From IMG/VR virus record IMGVR_UViG_3300022074_000002: a stretch of 64,000 bases of DNA. One strand, written 5' to 3'. Both the position numbers and the translations under genes were made by a program. This DNA is from a virus. Below the pieces are notes generated by a model that did not search any database, was not told the DNA's origin, and saw only the letters and a list, made by a program, of their open reading frames with translations. Below, in pieces: positions 39,462-48,713 of the stretch (the stretch's first letter is position 1; each line of letters starts with the position of its first letter).

Positions 39462-39685
39462 TAAATTTTAAGAAATTACGAGAACAAGCACTAAGACAAG
39501 AGCAAAGACACGAAAAAGGTCTGAGCGAGGGTGATAGTGTCATGTCTTCAAGAACAGGAGTCAAAGGAACTATTCACAGAGTGGGTGGTAACTATGCAAT
39601 TGTTATATCTGAAGAAGGAAAAATGTTCCGTGAGTGGATTAAGAATGTTAGAGCTATAAATAATACGAGAAGAACCTCCTTGTAA
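39458..39685 (+). CDS. Small SH3/KOW-like hypothetical protein
   Basis: EGDSV...GTIHRVGGNYAIV...FREWIKNV; ATGA-coupled to the nucleotidyltransferase. Confidence 0.65.
   Translation: MINFKKLREQALRQEQRHEKGLSEGDSVMSSRTGVKGTIHRVGGNYAIVISEEGKMFREWIKNVRAINNTRRTSL
39655..39662 (+). promoter_or_regulatory. Late promoter, perfect TATAAATA
   Basis: Exact consensus 28 nt before ATG 39690. Confidence 0.8.
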
Positions 39686-39689
39686 GTAA

Positions 39690-40466
39690 ATGAAGAAGCA
39701 AGAAAGAATTAACACCGTCAGAAACAATGATGATTTTTCATCAGGTTTGATGGAACAATATAATAAGTGGATGGGTGGCGATTGCTTCCAAAACACTAAC
39801 CTACCAGATTTACATTTATCTGAAGCACCTTTTGATGGCATGGATCCACAGTCTAATGGTGCAGAGATAGAGAATACTCTGGTTAAAAAGAAAGGTCCTA
39901 AGAAAGAATCACCTAAAGCACAACTTGCTACTAAGGAAGAGTACGAAGTTTTAGAACGTGAAGAGGTAGAGATTGACGGAGAACTATACGTCATAGAAAA
40001 GAGAAGATATGCTACTGAAGGTATGGCAGCAGCTCGTGATAACGTTGGTGCTTCTACATGCTGGAAAGGATATAAGGCAAAGGGAACTAAGAAGAAAGGT
40101 GGTAAAGAAGTTCCTAATTGTGTTAAAGAAGATGATTTTCATCATCAAAAAGATAAAGATGGTAACACAATTCCACACGAAGATGAGATAAAAGAAGGCA
40201 AGAAGGGTCTATATGACAACATTCATGCAAAAAGAAAGAGAGGTGAGTCTCCAGCAAAACCTGGTGATAAAGGATATCCTGCTAAGAATGCATTCAAAAA
40301 AGCAGCAGAGTCAGTTGAGCATGTAACAGAGAAGAAGTTAGATCCAGTTGGTAAGGCAGACGCTGATATCGACAATGATGGTGACGTAGATAAGTCTGAT
40401 AAGTTTTTACACGCAAGACGTAAGAAAGTTAGCAAGATCATTGCTATGTCTAAGAAGAAAAAATGA
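39690..40466 (+). CDS. Highly charged modular late protein (probable internal head protein)
   Basis: Lys/Glu-rich; modules CWKGY..VPNCV, GLYDNIHAKR, DIDNDGDVD separated by xxE sites. Confidence 0.65.
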   Translation: MKKQERINTVRNNDDFSSGLMEQYNKWMGGDCFQNTNLPDLHLSEAPFDGMDPQSNGAEIENTLVKKKGPKKESPKAQLATKEEYEVLEREEVEIDGELYVIEKRRYATEGMAAARDNVGASTCWKGYKAKGTKKKGGKEVPNCVKEDDFHHQKDKDGNTIPHEDEIKEGKKGLYDNIHAKRKRGESPAKPGDKGYPAKNAFKKAAESVEHVTEKKLDPVGKADADIDNDGDVDKSDKFLHARRKKVSKIIAMSKKKK

Positions 40467-41017
40467 AATCCTTTAATCAATTCAAAACTGATTCTAAGAA
40501 AAGAAAAGAAAAACTAAAGAACAAGAAGGTTGGCAACGTAGAAGTCATGCCCATTGTTAATGATGACGATGGCAAAGGTATGACTACTCGTGCTACTAAT
40601 GAGGAGGTGTTAAATGAAAAGTCAGTCTCAAAGTCCCAACAAAGATTCTTCGGGATGGTTAGAAAAGCTCAAAAGGAGGGTGAGAAGAAAGCTTCCTCAC
40701 CTGAGGTTGCCAGAGTTGCTGCCAGCATAAAGAAAAAAGATGCCAAGGATTTTGCATCTACTAAACATAAAGGACTACCAGAGAAAAAGGTAGCAAAAGA
40801 AGAGACTTGTGGTAAAGGACAGTACTATTGTAATGATACTCAGAAGTGTAAACCCATTCCAAAAGGTATGAAAGTAAGGGATGATGGGTTTTTAACTAAA
40901 GAATCATTCGAGTCAGGTGTAATGAAAGCGAGGAGATATCATAGGGTAGGAAAACTCATGTCATTCAAGGATTTCATGAAGATTATGAGTGAAATTTTGG
41001 GGGAATGGGAAAAGTAA
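40463..41017 (+). CDS. Highly charged modular late protein
   Basis: SKSQQRFFGMV, KDFASTKHKGLP, CGKGQYYC..KCKPIP modules. Confidence 0.65.
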   Translation: MKSFNQFKTDSKKRKEKLKNKKVGNVEVMPIVNDDDGKGMTTRATNEEVLNEKSVSKSQQRFFGMVRKAQKEGEKKASSPEVARVAASIKKKDAKDFASTKHKGLPEKKVAKEETCGKGQYYCNDTQKCKPIPKGMKVRDDGFLTKESFESGVMKARRYHRVGKLMSFKDFMKIMSEILGEWEK

Positions 41018-41050
41018 TAAATAGATACACACACATTATGGAATATTACC

Positions 41051-41248
41051 ATGTTTTCTTTTCTACTACCACTTGCAACGAAAGTTATTTCGGACGCAGT
41101 AAACAAAATTCCTGACAACGAGGAACTTGGAGAAAAATTAATAGATATTTGCTTAGTTATCCTAGGTAAGGCAGTTAAACTGACCAAAACTGACATGGAT
41201 GACAAGTTACTTGAGACTGTGAAGGCTGCTATTGCAGCAAAGGAATAG
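41051..41248 (+). CDS. Hypothetical protein
   Basis: ORF following ATAAATA near 41017; amphipathic helices. Confidence 0.65.
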   Translation: MFSFLLPLATKVISDAVNKIPDNEELGEKLIDICLVILGKAVKLTKTDMDDKLLETVKAAIAAKE

Positions 41249-41254
41249 TCCTTT

Positions 41255-41262
41255 TATAAATA
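41255..41262 (+). promoter_or_regulatory. Late promoter, perfect TATAAATA
   Basis: Exact consensus upstream of 41295. Confidence 0.8.
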
Positions 41263-41294
41263 AAACTTAGAACAATACACGATTAGAGAAAAAG

Positions 41295-42119
41295 ATGTCA
41301 CTTATTGGAACAACGGATGCTGCTGCATTCTCAAATAGTGTTGGTGTCACCAATGGCGATGCCACCGTAACAAAGAACGCTGCTGACACCGTTGTCGGTG
41401 GTGATGTACTTGAAATTTCTGGTGTTAACTATATTGTTAAGACCATTACTAGCACTACTAGCATAGAATTACATAAAGTATATGCTGGATCAACTGCTAC
41501 AGTTGCTGCTGCTAATGTAATTAAAAGAACTCCTCCAAAACAGGTTGCAGAATTTGTAATCTTAGGTGGAGACTCTAACAGTTATGAGTTAATTTTTGCT
41601 GATTCTACTGAGGGTTCTCTTGCTGAGAGTAAGTCTCGTGGAATTAAGAATCCTGGTTGGTGGTTATACAGAACATTTACCGATCACTATGGTAACACTC
41701 GTCATAAGGCAGAGTGTATAGCAGCGATGTCTGTTGCTGCTGGTGTATCTGGTGACGCATCTGATGATACCATTGCTGCTGAAGTTGCATCTGCTGTAAC
41801 TATCACATCACAACCTGGTAACTCTGCTTCATCTTCTGGTGCTGGTACATTTGCTGTTGCAACAAGTACAACAGGAACACCTGGCACACTTGCTTATGTT
41901 TGGCAACGTCAGAAAGCTGGAACTAAGCGTTGGGTTAACATCACTGCATCACTTGATACAGGTATCACATATGCTAACTTCACTACAGCCACACTTGGTT
42001 ACAGTGGACTTGCTGGTGCTACACTAGATGGTCAAAACTATAGAGTTAAGATCACTTCTGCCAATGGTACAGAAGAAGTTACCTCTAACGGAGCAGGAAC
42101 TTTAACATTCGGATCATAA
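41295..42119 (+). CDS. Virion structural protein with C-terminal Ig-like domain
   Basis: Ala/Thr/Gly/Ser-rich; ITSQP...YVWQR...YRVKI Ig-like pattern; late promoter. Confidence 0.7.
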   Translation: MSLIGTTDAAAFSNSVGVTNGDATVTKNAADTVVGGDVLEISGVNYIVKTITSTTSIELHKVYAGSTATVAAANVIKRTPPKQVAEFVILGGDSNSYELIFADSTEGSLAESKSRGIKNPGWWLYRTFTDHYGNTRHKAECIAAMSVAAGVSGDASDDTIAAEVASAVTITSQPGNSASSSGAGTFAVATSTTGTPGTLAYVWQRQKAGTKRWVNITASLDTGITYANFTTATLGYSGLAGATLDGQNYRVKITSANGTEEVTSNGAGTLTFGS

Positions 42120-42125
42120 TATGAT

Positions 42126-42482
42126 ATGAATATTAGTGAATTGAACCATGAAAACTGGTTAATCTTTGCAATTAGAAATTATAACAACCCGTTGTCAGTT
42201 ACCTATTCAGACTTTGAAGAGGATTTAAAGAGATTTAAGTACATTAAAAGACTACTGAGAAGGTATGAAACAACGGGTGAGTTGAAGACTCACTTGATAC
42301 TTAATCATGTGATAGTATTGTATAATGTCTTTGATGAGGCAGCAACACCGCTGCTATTCTATAGAGTAGAAGCAACATATTGGTCTATTATGAAGGCGTT
42401 TATGTTATTTCTAAATAGATTACCACCTAAACTTAACGAAGATGTTGACGAGGAATGTCTAAAACAACTGAATCTAATATGA
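42126..42482 (+). CDS. Conserved T4-like phage hypothetical protein
   Basis: FEEDLKRFKYIKRLLRRY...LILNHVIVLYNVF. Confidence 0.75.
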   Translation: MNISELNHENWLIFAIRNYNNPLSVTYSDFEEDLKRFKYIKRLLRRYETTGELKTHLILNHVIVLYNVFDEAATPLLFYRVEATYWSIMKAFMLFLNRLPPKLNEDVDEECLKQLNLI

Positions 42483-43189
42483 CTGAATCAATTAACTCTG
42501 CTGGTAATGGATCTGGTTTACAGTTACCACCAGCATTTGTCATGGTAAATCCTAGACAACATCGTAAGTATAAGAAAAATAATGAGACAGTGGATGGTCG
42601 TACCAAAGGTGCTAAAGATCTCTTCTCCCGTATACAACGCAGAAAAATGACTGGAACAAAAAAAGAACATACTGAAATTGAATCTCCCATCACTGAAGTA
42701 GTGTCCTCTGAAACAGAGAGAGCACAGAAACAAATCGGACAGATGAAAAAATTAAATCGTCAGAAAGATTTACAGAAAAAACGTGGTGAAGCAAAGTCTA
42801 AAATGATGAATAAGACAAAGGAGATGGATACTCTTATGAAGGCAAGATTATCTGACTTCAAAAAGAAAGCATCATCACAACAGAAAAAATTAAAACGTAA
42901 TAATGAGGAAACTAACGTGAATAAAGATGTAATACTTGAAAAACAAGACGTAGTACAGGTCGCACTAGACGTTGCTACATCAGAACTTGCACCACAGGGT
43001 GAAGGTCAATTTGCAAAGATCCAGTTTGGTGACGGATCTGTACAAAATCTAGATAACTTCTCAGCAAAGAGAATTGCAGCATGTTATGGTCAGTTGGATG
43101 ATACACATAAGCAACAGTTCCAGTACATGCTGAACAAAGACGCTTCTACATATCAATCTGCACTTGATTTCGCAATCAGAAATGTGTAA
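42479..43189 (+). CDS. Hypothetical late protein with basic coiled coil
   Basis: Start set at ATG 42479 (ATGA overlap); K/Q-rich central helix. Confidence 0.7.
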   Translation: MTESINSAGNGSGLQLPPAFVMVNPRQHRKYKKNNETVDGRTKGAKDLFSRIQRRKMTGTKKEHTEIESPITEVVSSETERAQKQIGQMKKLNRQKDLQKKRGEAKSKMMNKTKEMDTLMKARLSDFKKKASSQQKKLKRNNEETNVNKDVILEKQDVVQVALDVATSELAPQGEGQFAKIQFGDGSVQNLDNFSAKRIAACYGQLDDTHKQQFQYMLNKDASTYQSALDFAIRNV

Positions 43190-43200
43190 GATTAGGAGCA

Positions 43201-43596
43201 ATGTCTGACATTAACACAGCAATACTAGAAAGACTAGAAAAAGTTGTTGACACTCTTCAAGAAAACTCTATGAAGATGGGTCAACTTCTTGCTGTGCACA
43301 ATGAGAAGTTAGACAAACAAGATAAGGTAGATGAAGTTCTGTTTGAAAAGTTAGACAGATTGTCAGCAGATCTAAACAGAGAAACAGCATCAATAAAGAA
43401 GGGGTGTGAAAGAGATATAAGATTGGTAGATGATAGACTACGTTTGATGGAGAAGAAGATGTGGACGATAGCAGGAGCGTTGACTGTTATATCGTTTATA
43501 GTCAGTCCAATAGGACAAAGAGTGCTCCAAGGCATAGTTGCAAACCAAAACTTGACAGAATCAATTCCAACACCTATAATAAGAACATTGAAGTAA
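43201..43596 (+). CDS. Coiled-coil protein with C-terminal TM helix
   Basis: Heptad region followed by WTIAGALTVISFIV. Confidence 0.7.
   Translation: MSDINTAILERLEKVVDTLQENSMKMGQLLAVHNEKLDKQDKVDEVLFEKLDRLSADLNRETASIKKGCERDIRLVDDRLRLMEKKMWTIAGALTVISFIVSPIGQRVLQGIVANQNLTESIPTPIIRTLK
43552..43580 (+). promoter_or_regulatory. Perfect sigma70 consensus promoter for g61-nrdA-nrdB
   Basis: TTGACA-N17-TATAAT inside the 3' end of the upstream ORF. Confidence 0.85.
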
Positions 43597-43605
43597 TCAT
43601 TATGA

Positions 43606-44601
43606 ATGTCGTATATCGACGATAAGTACATAAACTTAATATCTCCTCGCCTATCTCTCTTTACTCGCAAGAAAGCAGGACTCTACAATTTTAGATGTCC
43701 TTATTGCGGAGACAGTAAAAAGAGAAAGAATAAAGCAAGGGGATATTTTTTTAGAATTAAGGCAGACACTGTATACAAGTGCCACAATTGCGGTGTTGGT
43801 AGAACTTTGTCTAATTTTTTAAAGGATCAAGACATATTATTACATGATCAATATGTCATGGAAAAGTTTAAAGACTCTACCTCTAGTACAGGTAAAGGGT
43901 CTTACACACCAAATCCAAAACTTAATTTTTTACCTCCTAATTTTGTTAAATCTGCTACTGGTCTAGAAAAAATCTCAGACCTAAATATTTTTCACGAGGC
44001 TAGGAAATATCTAGAACAAAGAGGCATCAAAGATCTCGACTATTTCTACTATTGTCCAAAATTTAAAGAGTGGACTAATAAACAGAAGCGAACATTTGAT
44101 ACCCTCAGGCAGGATCATCCCCGCATCATCATCCCTTTCAAAGACAAAGAAGGTAACCTTTTTGGATACCAAGGCAGATCACTAGCACGCAATGCTAAAC
44201 TTAGATATATCACGATCATGCTGGACGAGGAACAACCCAAGATCTTTGGACTGGATAGAATAGATACAAACAAATCAATTTACATTACAGAAGGACCTTT
44301 TGATGCGACGTTCATTAAAAACTCGGTTGCCATGGCTGGTTCCGATATTGATATTAGGGCGTTTGGTTGGAGCGATTATATTTGGGTATTTGATAACGAA
44401 CCACGCAATAGAGAAATCGTCAACAAAATCTCCAAAGTCATTGACAGAGGAGATAAGGTAGTCATTTGGCCTAACAATATTCAGCAAAAGGACATAAACG
44501 ACATGTCACTTGGTGGACATGATGTGCAAAAGATGGTAGAATCTAATGTATATCAAAAACTAGAAGCAAAACTTAAATTTAATAACTGGAAGAAAGTATG
44601 A
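43606..44601 (+). CDS. g61: DNA primase (gp61)
   Basis: CPYCGD..CHNC zinc finger, YQGRSL, TEGPFD, FDNEPRN TOPRIM. Confidence 0.95.
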   Translation: MSYIDDKYINLISPRLSLFTRKKAGLYNFRCPYCGDSKKRKNKARGYFFRIKADTVYKCHNCGVGRTLSNFLKDQDILLHDQYVMEKFKDSTSSTGKGSYTPNPKLNFLPPNFVKSATGLEKISDLNIFHEARKYLEQRGIKDLDYFYYCPKFKEWTNKQKRTFDTLRQDHPRIIIPFKDKEGNLFGYQGRSLARNAKLRYITIMLDEEQPKIFGLDRIDTNKSIYITEGPFDATFIKNSVAMAGSDIDIRAFGWSDYIWVFDNEPRNREIVNKISKVIDRGDKVVIWPNNIQQKDINDMSLGGHDVQKMVESNVYQKLEAKLKFNNWKKV

Positions 44602-46913
44602 CAAACGGTCACGGAACCAAAGTTCGTAAGCGAGACGGGTCTCTAACACCCCTTAATCTAGATAAGATTCATAAGGTAGTAGAAGAAGCGTGTGAAGGGT
44701 TAGGGGGCGGTGTGAGTGCCTCTCAAGTAGAGATGAACTCAGGTCTTCAATTCTTTGATGGAATATCTACTAACGACATCCAAGAAATATTAATTAGATC
44801 AGCGAGTGATCTTATTAGTTTGGAAACACCAAACTATCAGTTTGTAGCAGCAAGATTGTTGTTGTATTCTGTTTATAAACAGGTGTTTGGATCTGAATGG
44901 GTCAATGGATTCACCAGTGTTTATGATCATGCGTCAAAATGTGCTGATATTGATGTATATGATAAGGATATTCTTGGTAAATATACAGAAGAAGAATGGG
45001 ATGAAATTAATTCATGGATAGATCATGATAGAGACATGTTGTTTACCTATGCAGGACTCAGACAAGTCGTTGACAAATATCTTGTACAGGATAGAAGTTC
45101 TGGTGATGTTTATGAAACACCACAGTACATGTATATAATGATTGCTGTCACATTATTCCAAAATTACACTGAAAATAGATTAGATTACATAAGGAGATAT
45201 TACGATGCCATTTCCAAACACAAGATCAACATACCAACCCCCATCATGGCAGGAGTTCGCACCCCTCTTCGGCAGTTTGCGTCTTGTGTTTTGGTTGACG
45301 CTGACGACACCTTGGATAGTATTTTTACTTCTGATATGGCCATTGGTCGTTACGTCGCTCAGAGGGCTGGGATTGGTATCAACGCAGGCCGCATCCGTGG
45401 GATCAACAGTAAAATCAGGGGTGGAGAAGTTCAACACACAGGTGTTGTACCGTTCCTCAAAAAGTTTGAAGCAACTGTCAGATGCTGCACTCAAAATGGC
45501 ATTAGAGGTGGATCAGCGACTGTCCACTTCCCAATCTGGCACAAAGAAATAGAAGATATTATTGTACTTAAAAATAATAAAGGTACAGATGATTCTAGAG
45601 TTCGTAAGTTAGACTATAGCATACAAATTACAAAATTATTCTATGAAAGATTCATTAGCGGGGGTACTATCAGTTTGTTTTCTCCTCATGATGTTCCCGA
45701 TCTTTATGATGTCTTTGGAACTGAGGGATTCGACGAACTCTACGAACAATATGAAGCAGACGAAACTGTCCCAAGAAAATCAATTCCTGCTCAGGATTTG
45801 ATGTTAAGCATCTTAAAGGAAAGGGCAGAGACAGGAAGATTATACATAATGAATATTGATCATTGCAATAGTCATAGTTCTTTCCTAGACAAGGTAAACA
45901 TGAGTAACTTATGTCAGGAAATTACATTGCCCACTACACCACTAGAACACATTGATGGTGAGGGTGAAATTGCATTGTGTATTTTGTCTGCTATCAACGT
46001 AGGCAAGATCAATAGGTTAGATGAACTTGAAAATCTCTGTGACCTAGCAGTTAGAGGACTAGAAGAACTGATTGATTATCAGAACTATCCTGTTGCTGCT
46101 GCAGAACGTAGCACACTAGCACGTAGGTCATTGGGTATTGGTTATATTGGACTAGCACATTACCTAGCAAAACAAGGACTCAAGTATGACAACCCAGAAG
46201 CATGGAAATCAGTACACCAATTGTCTGAATCTTTCCAGTACCATCTACTCAAGTCAAGCAACGCAGTTGCAAAAGAGAAAGGAGCATGTGAATATTTCTC
46301 TCGTACGAAATATTTCAAAGGTATCCTCCCAATCGACACTTATAAAACAGACATTGATGAGTTCTGTAGTGGAGAGTTAAATTATGATTGGGATTCTTTA
46401 CGGTTTGACATCCAAGAGTACGGACTTAGGCATTCAACGCTGTCCGCACAGATGCCATCAGAAAGCAGTTCCGTTGTGTCTAACGCAACAAATGGAATCG
46501 AACCACCTAGAGCATACTTGTCCACTAAGAAGTCCAAGAAAGGACCTCTTAAGCAGATTGTTCCACAGTATGGGTCTTTGAAGAATAATTACACATTGCT
46601 ATGGGACATGAAGGACAACGATGGATATATAAAGATCGTGAGTGTGATGCAGAAGTTCTTTGACCAAGCAATTTCTGGCAACTGGAGTTACAATCCAGAA
46701 AATTATGAGAACAATGAAGTACCTGTATCAGTTATGGCGGGTGACCTACTTAAAACATATAAGTATGGTTGGAAGACATCGTATTATCAAAATACATACG
46801 ATCAGAAAGGAGATGAACCACAACTGACAGAAGAGAAGAAAGCAAGTATAGAAGATCTATTACAAGACATACTAACAACCGAGGAAGAAGACTGTGACAG
46901 TTGCAAAATTTAG
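44598..46913 (+). CDS. nrdA: Ribonucleotide reductase class Ia alpha subunit
   Basis: ATP-cone KRDG, PTPIMAG, SNLCQEI, MPSESSS, YYQNT. Confidence 0.98.
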   Translation: MTNGHGTKVRKRDGSLTPLNLDKIHKVVEEACEGLGGGVSASQVEMNSGLQFFDGISTNDIQEILIRSASDLISLETPNYQFVAARLLLYSVYKQVFGSEWVNGFTSVYDHASKCADIDVYDKDILGKYTEEEWDEINSWIDHDRDMLFTYAGLRQVVDKYLVQDRSSGDVYETPQYMYIMIAVTLFQNYTENRLDYIRRYYDAISKHKINIPTPIMAGVRTPLRQFASCVLVDADDTLDSIFTSDMAIGRYVAQRAGIGINAGRIRGINSKIRGGEVQHTGVVPFLKKFEATVRCCTQNGIRGGSATVHFPIWHKEIEDIIVLKNNKGTDDSRVRKLDYSIQITKLFYERFISGGTISLFSPHDVPDLYDVFGTEGFDELYEQYEADETVPRKSIPAQDLMLSILKERAETGRLYIMNIDHCNSHSSFLDKVNMSNLCQEITLPTTPLEHIDGEGEIALCILSAINVGKINRLDELENLCDLAVRGLEELIDYQNYPVAAAERSTLARRSLGIGYIGLAHYLAKQGLKYDNPEAWKSVHQLSESFQYHLLKSSNAVAKEKGACEYFSRTKYFKGILPIDTYKTDIDEFCSGELNYDWDSLRFDIQEYGLRHSTLSAQMPSESSSVVSNATNGIEPPRAYLSTKKSKKGPLKQIVPQYGSLKNNYTLLWDMKDNDGYIKIVSVMQKFFDQAISGNWSYNPENYENNEVPVSVMAGDLLKTYKYGWKTSYYQNTYDQKGDEPQLTEEKKASIEDLLQDILTTEEEDCDSCKI

Positions 46914-48084
46914 AACAAACACACCTAACAGACCTATGACAAGTGTAGAGGGCATGACGGTATTTAATACCGACAAAGTAGATACTACTAAAGGACAGAT
47001 GTTCTTTGGTGCTCCTCTAGGAGTACAAAGATATGATAAGTTTAAGTATCCTATCTTTGATAAGTTGACACAGAATCAACTTGGTTTCTTTTGGAGACCA
47101 GAAGAGGTGTCTCTACAAAATGACAGGGCGGATTACCAGAAATTAAATGCTGCACAGAAACACATATTTACTAGCAATCTCAAGTATCAGATCCTCTTGG
47201 ACTCCGTACAAGGTCGTGGTCCTGGCATGGCATTCATGCCTTATTGCAGTTTACCTGAGTTAGAAGGTTGCATGAACATATGGCAGACTATGGAGATGAT
47301 TCATAGTAGATCATATACACATATCATCAAGAATGTATATCCAGATCCATCAGAAGTCTTTGATAAGATTTTAGATGATGATCATATACTTAAGAGAGCA
47401 CAATCAGTTACTAAAGCATATGATGAATTCATTAATGATGCTCATACATATGACACTAGCAACTGGTGGAGACCAGACTGGCAAGGCAGTCCAACTGTAG
47501 CATGGGAAAAGAAAGAATTGAAGAGAAAGTTATACAGAGCAGTAGCAAATGTATACATCTTAGAAGGTATTAGATTCTATGTTTCTTTTGCATGTTCATT
47601 TGCATTTGGTGAACTTAAATTGTTAGAGGGTTCAGCAAAGATCATAGGACTGATTGCGAGAGACGAATCACAACATATGACAGTTACACAAAACATTATG
47701 AATAACTGGAAGAAGGGTGATGACCCTGATATGTTAGAGATTGTCAAGGAAGAGGAAGACTATGTGTATAGTATGTTCCAAAATTCTGTAGAAGAAGAGA
47801 AGTTATGGGCAGAGTATTTGTTCAAGGATGGATCTATCATAGGTCTCAATGATAAATTACTACAGAGGTATGTTGAATGGACTGCGAATCGTAGACTTAA
47901 GTCAATCGGTTTGAAACCTATCTTTGATGTACCTATATCTAACAACCCACTACCATGGACGCAGCATTGGTTATCTTCTAAAGGTATGCAAGTTGCACCA
48001 CAGGAGACAGAGGTAGAATCTTATCTTATTGGTAGTATAAAACAAGACGTTAAGAAGGATACCTTTGCGGGATTCAAATTATAA
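46894..48084 (+). CDS. nrdB: Ribonucleotide reductase class Ia beta subunit
   Basis: FFWRPEEV, EMIHSRSY, LEGIRFYVSF, RDESQH, APQETE. Confidence 0.98.
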   Translation: MTVAKFRTNTPNRPMTSVEGMTVFNTDKVDTTKGQMFFGAPLGVQRYDKFKYPIFDKLTQNQLGFFWRPEEVSLQNDRADYQKLNAAQKHIFTSNLKYQILLDSVQGRGPGMAFMPYCSLPELEGCMNIWQTMEMIHSRSYTHIIKNVYPDPSEVFDKILDDDHILKRAQSVTKAYDEFINDAHTYDTSNWWRPDWQGSPTVAWEKKELKRKLYRAVANVYILEGIRFYVSFACSFAFGELKLLEGSAKIIGLIARDESQHMTVTQNIMNNWKKGDDPDMLEIVKEEEDYVYSMFQNSVEEEKLWAEYLFKDGSIIGLNDKLLQRYVEWTANRRLKSIGLKPIFDVPISNNPLPWTQHWLSSKGMQVAPQETEVESYLIGSIKQDVKKDTFAGFKL

Positions 48085-48086
48085 CT

Positions 48087-48713
48087 ATGGATCTTTGGAA
48101 AAATTATAAAGCAACTGTTGCTAAGATTTTTCCAGATATAGAATTTGTTAAGCGACATGCTGAATGGACTAATAAGAAAGGTGTAAACCTAACTGCTGAT
48201 TTGTACTCAGGTGAACATCTAATTAAGTCAAGACAAGTTGAAATCTGGGATGATAAATCTTGCAGCATTCATAACAATATAATATACCCTAAGACAGGAT
48301 CTAATCTACCCTGTTTTGGTATGGATCTCATGGGAATGAGTGATAAACGAGTTGTTATTGTGTTTGATTTCCAACATCCTGTAGAGAACTACTTGTTTTA
48401 TACACCAGAGTTACCTAAAGTAGAGGGTACATATAGATTCTTTGAAGCGGGTAATCATTTCTCTGACAATCTTATTGTTAGATACTGCAAACCTGATGAG
48501 GTAGATGAATATCTACCACTGTTTACAAAGTATCTACAATTCTATAAAGATATGCTCAATGAGCATCAACCAACTGGTACTGATACTGATCAGTACAATG
48601 ACTTTGATAAGTATATGATAAGACTAGATCCAATCTCTGGATATCTCTCCAGTAGATTTGGTAAAGAACAATCAGAAATTTTAATCAAAGAATTCTTTTT
48701 CAGTTATGCCTAA
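48087..48713 (+). CDS. pebS: Phycoerythrobilin synthase PebS (ferredoxin-dependent bilin reductase)
   Basis: IYPKTGSNLPCFGMDLM, VFDFQHP, YRFFEAGNHFS, VRYCKPDEVD, LDP match recalled PebS sequence. Confidence 0.88.
   Translation: MDLWKNYKATVAKIFPDIEFVKRHAEWTNKKGVNLTADLYSGEHLIKSRQVEIWDDKSCSIHNNIIYPKTGSNLPCFGMDLMGMSDKRVVIVFDFQHPVENYLFYTPELPKVEGTYRFFEAGNHFSDNLIVRYCKPDEVDEYLPLFTKYLQFYKDMLNEHQPTGTDTDQYNDFDKYMIRLDPISGYLSSRFGKEQSEILIKEFFFSYA

Noticed and set aside
39450-39470. Programmed frameshift fusing the nucleotidyltransferase to the SH3/KOW-like ORF
   Set aside because: No slippery heptamer or stimulatory structure; the ATGA overlap is explained by translational coupling
30164-48084. Introns or inteins in g43, uvsX, g41, nrdA, nrdB (also g17, g20)
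   Set aside because: All are single uninterrupted ORFs of ordinary length without intein terminal motifs
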